A stretch of 45,706 nt of DNA from an uncultured Lachnospira sp. (GTDB lineage Bacteria; Bacillota; Clostridia; Lachnospirales; Lachnospiraceae), in assembly GCA_947628875.1 (NCBI GenBank), contig CANRBP010000001.1, positions 1-45,706 of the forward strand, read 5' to 3'. The notes beneath the pieces were generated by a model, which did no database searches, had not been told where the DNA came from, and saw only the letters and a list, made by a program, of their open reading frames with translations. This document shows positions 44,908 to 45,706 of the stretch, one piece after another; positions within the stretch are counted from its first letter, which is position 1; the number at the start of each line of letters is the position of its first letter. Both the position numbers and the translations under genes were made by a program.

Positions 44908-45706
44908 TTATAAGGTTACGCCCTGCTTGAATATAGCGAAATCGTGGAAGCCTTCCTCCTCCGCTTTCACTTTTTTGCCAGATGCCACATCAAGCACTAA
45001 CTGGAACAGTTCCTTCGCCAGCTCCTCCTTTGTCTTGTCTTCAACCATGCGTCCTGCGTTAAAGTCAATCCAGTTGGATTTGCGGTTTGCCATCAATGAA
45101 TTGGTCGCAATCTTGACTGTCGGCACCGGTGAAGCAAACGGCGTTCCGCGCCCTGTTGTGAACAGGACGATCTGTGCGCCCGCTGCTGCGCATGCTGTCG
45201 ATGCAACCAAATCGTTACCCGGCGCGCTCAGGAGATTCAACCCCTTTGTCTGCACGCGCTCGCCGTATTCAAGCACGCCCTTGACAAGCGATGATCCTGA
45301 TTTCTGCGTGCATCCGAGCGATTTATCCTCAAGCGTTGAGATACCGCCCTTTTTGTTTCCCGGAGACGGGTTCTCATAAATCGTCTGGCCGTTCTTCTGG
45401 AAATATTCCTTGAAGTTATTTATCAGGCTGACTGTTTTATTGAACACTTCTTCATTTACGCACCTGTCCATCAGAAGCGTCTCAGCGCCAAACATCTCCG
45501 GCACTTCGGTGAGGATAGTCGTGCCGCCCTTGGAAACAAGCATATCAGAAAATGCGCCGACTACCGGGTTTGCAGTAATGCCTGACAATCCGTCAGAACC
45601 GCCGCACTTCATGCCAATCACAAGTTCTTTTGCGCTTACTTTCTCGCGCTTAAATGATGAGGCATACGCCATCAGTTCCTTTAACAGTTCGCCTGCGGCC
45701 TCCTGC
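44908..45706 (-). CDS. uxaA: Altronate dehydratase (C-terminal part; 5' end outside window)
   Basis: KCGGSDGLSGITANP, TEVPEMFGAE, NPSPGNKKGG, APGND and FTTGRGTP motifs; the frame stays open to the window edge. Confidence 0.92.
   Translation of the reverse strand, partial: QEAAGELLKELMAYASSFKREKVSAKELVIGMKCGGSDGLSGITANPVVGAFSDMLVSKGGTTILTEVPEMFGAETLLMDRCVNEEVFNKTVSLINNFKEYFQKNGQTIYENPSPGNKKGGISTLEDKSLGCTQKSGSSLVKGVLEYGERVQTKGLNLLSAPGNDLVASTACAAAGAQIVLFTTGRGTPFASPVPTVKIATNSLMANRKSNWIDFNAGRMVEDKTKEELAKELFQLVLDVASGKKVKAEEEGFHDFAIFKQGVTL

Noticed and set aside
3393-45379. Many plus-strand ORFs in the track antisense to real genes (e.g. 3393-3941, 6509-7099, 17467-18030, 28677-29168, 44927-45379)
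   Set aside because: They are shadow frames of well-conserved minus-strand genes, with no motifs or RBS.

Overview
Core-genome segment of a Firmicute, most likely Clostridia/Lachnospiraceae-like (inferred from gene content and order); almost all genes are on the minus strand. In order: partial ruvA, a DUF815 AAA+ ATPase, a GT2 glycosyltransferase, the rnfCDGEAB operon followed by NusG-II and Gx genes, a YprB-like exonuclease, cheR, ylmH, an uncharacterised two-gene operon (HExxH/CxxC protein plus a ~900-aa zinc-ribbon/helical-repeat protein), the rpiR-HI0933-cmk-ispH-rpsA block, nfeD-floA-yqfB-like genes, a ThyX-like protein lacking the RHR motif, trkAH, a biotin-dependent Na+-pumping decarboxylase operon, thiN, nfnAB, a TPR/Fn3-associated membrane protein, a 1304-aa Ig-repeat protein behind a sigma-28-type promoter, and kdgK-eda-uxaA (partial). 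Three genes are split by small indels: rnfA, the HI0933 flavoprotein and the mmdA-like carboxyltransferase (the last in a TA microsatellite). I see no tRNA, rRNA, CRISPR array, transposase or prophage. The strongest unexplained signals are a candidate anti-Shine-Dalgarno sRNA (~38308-38393) with phased upstream repeats, the 12622-15791 operon, the ThyX-like gene, a perfect 33-bp palindrome with a degenerate half copy elsewhere in the window, and the sigma-28-driven Ig protein. All calls come from reading motifs by eye; no database searches were run.
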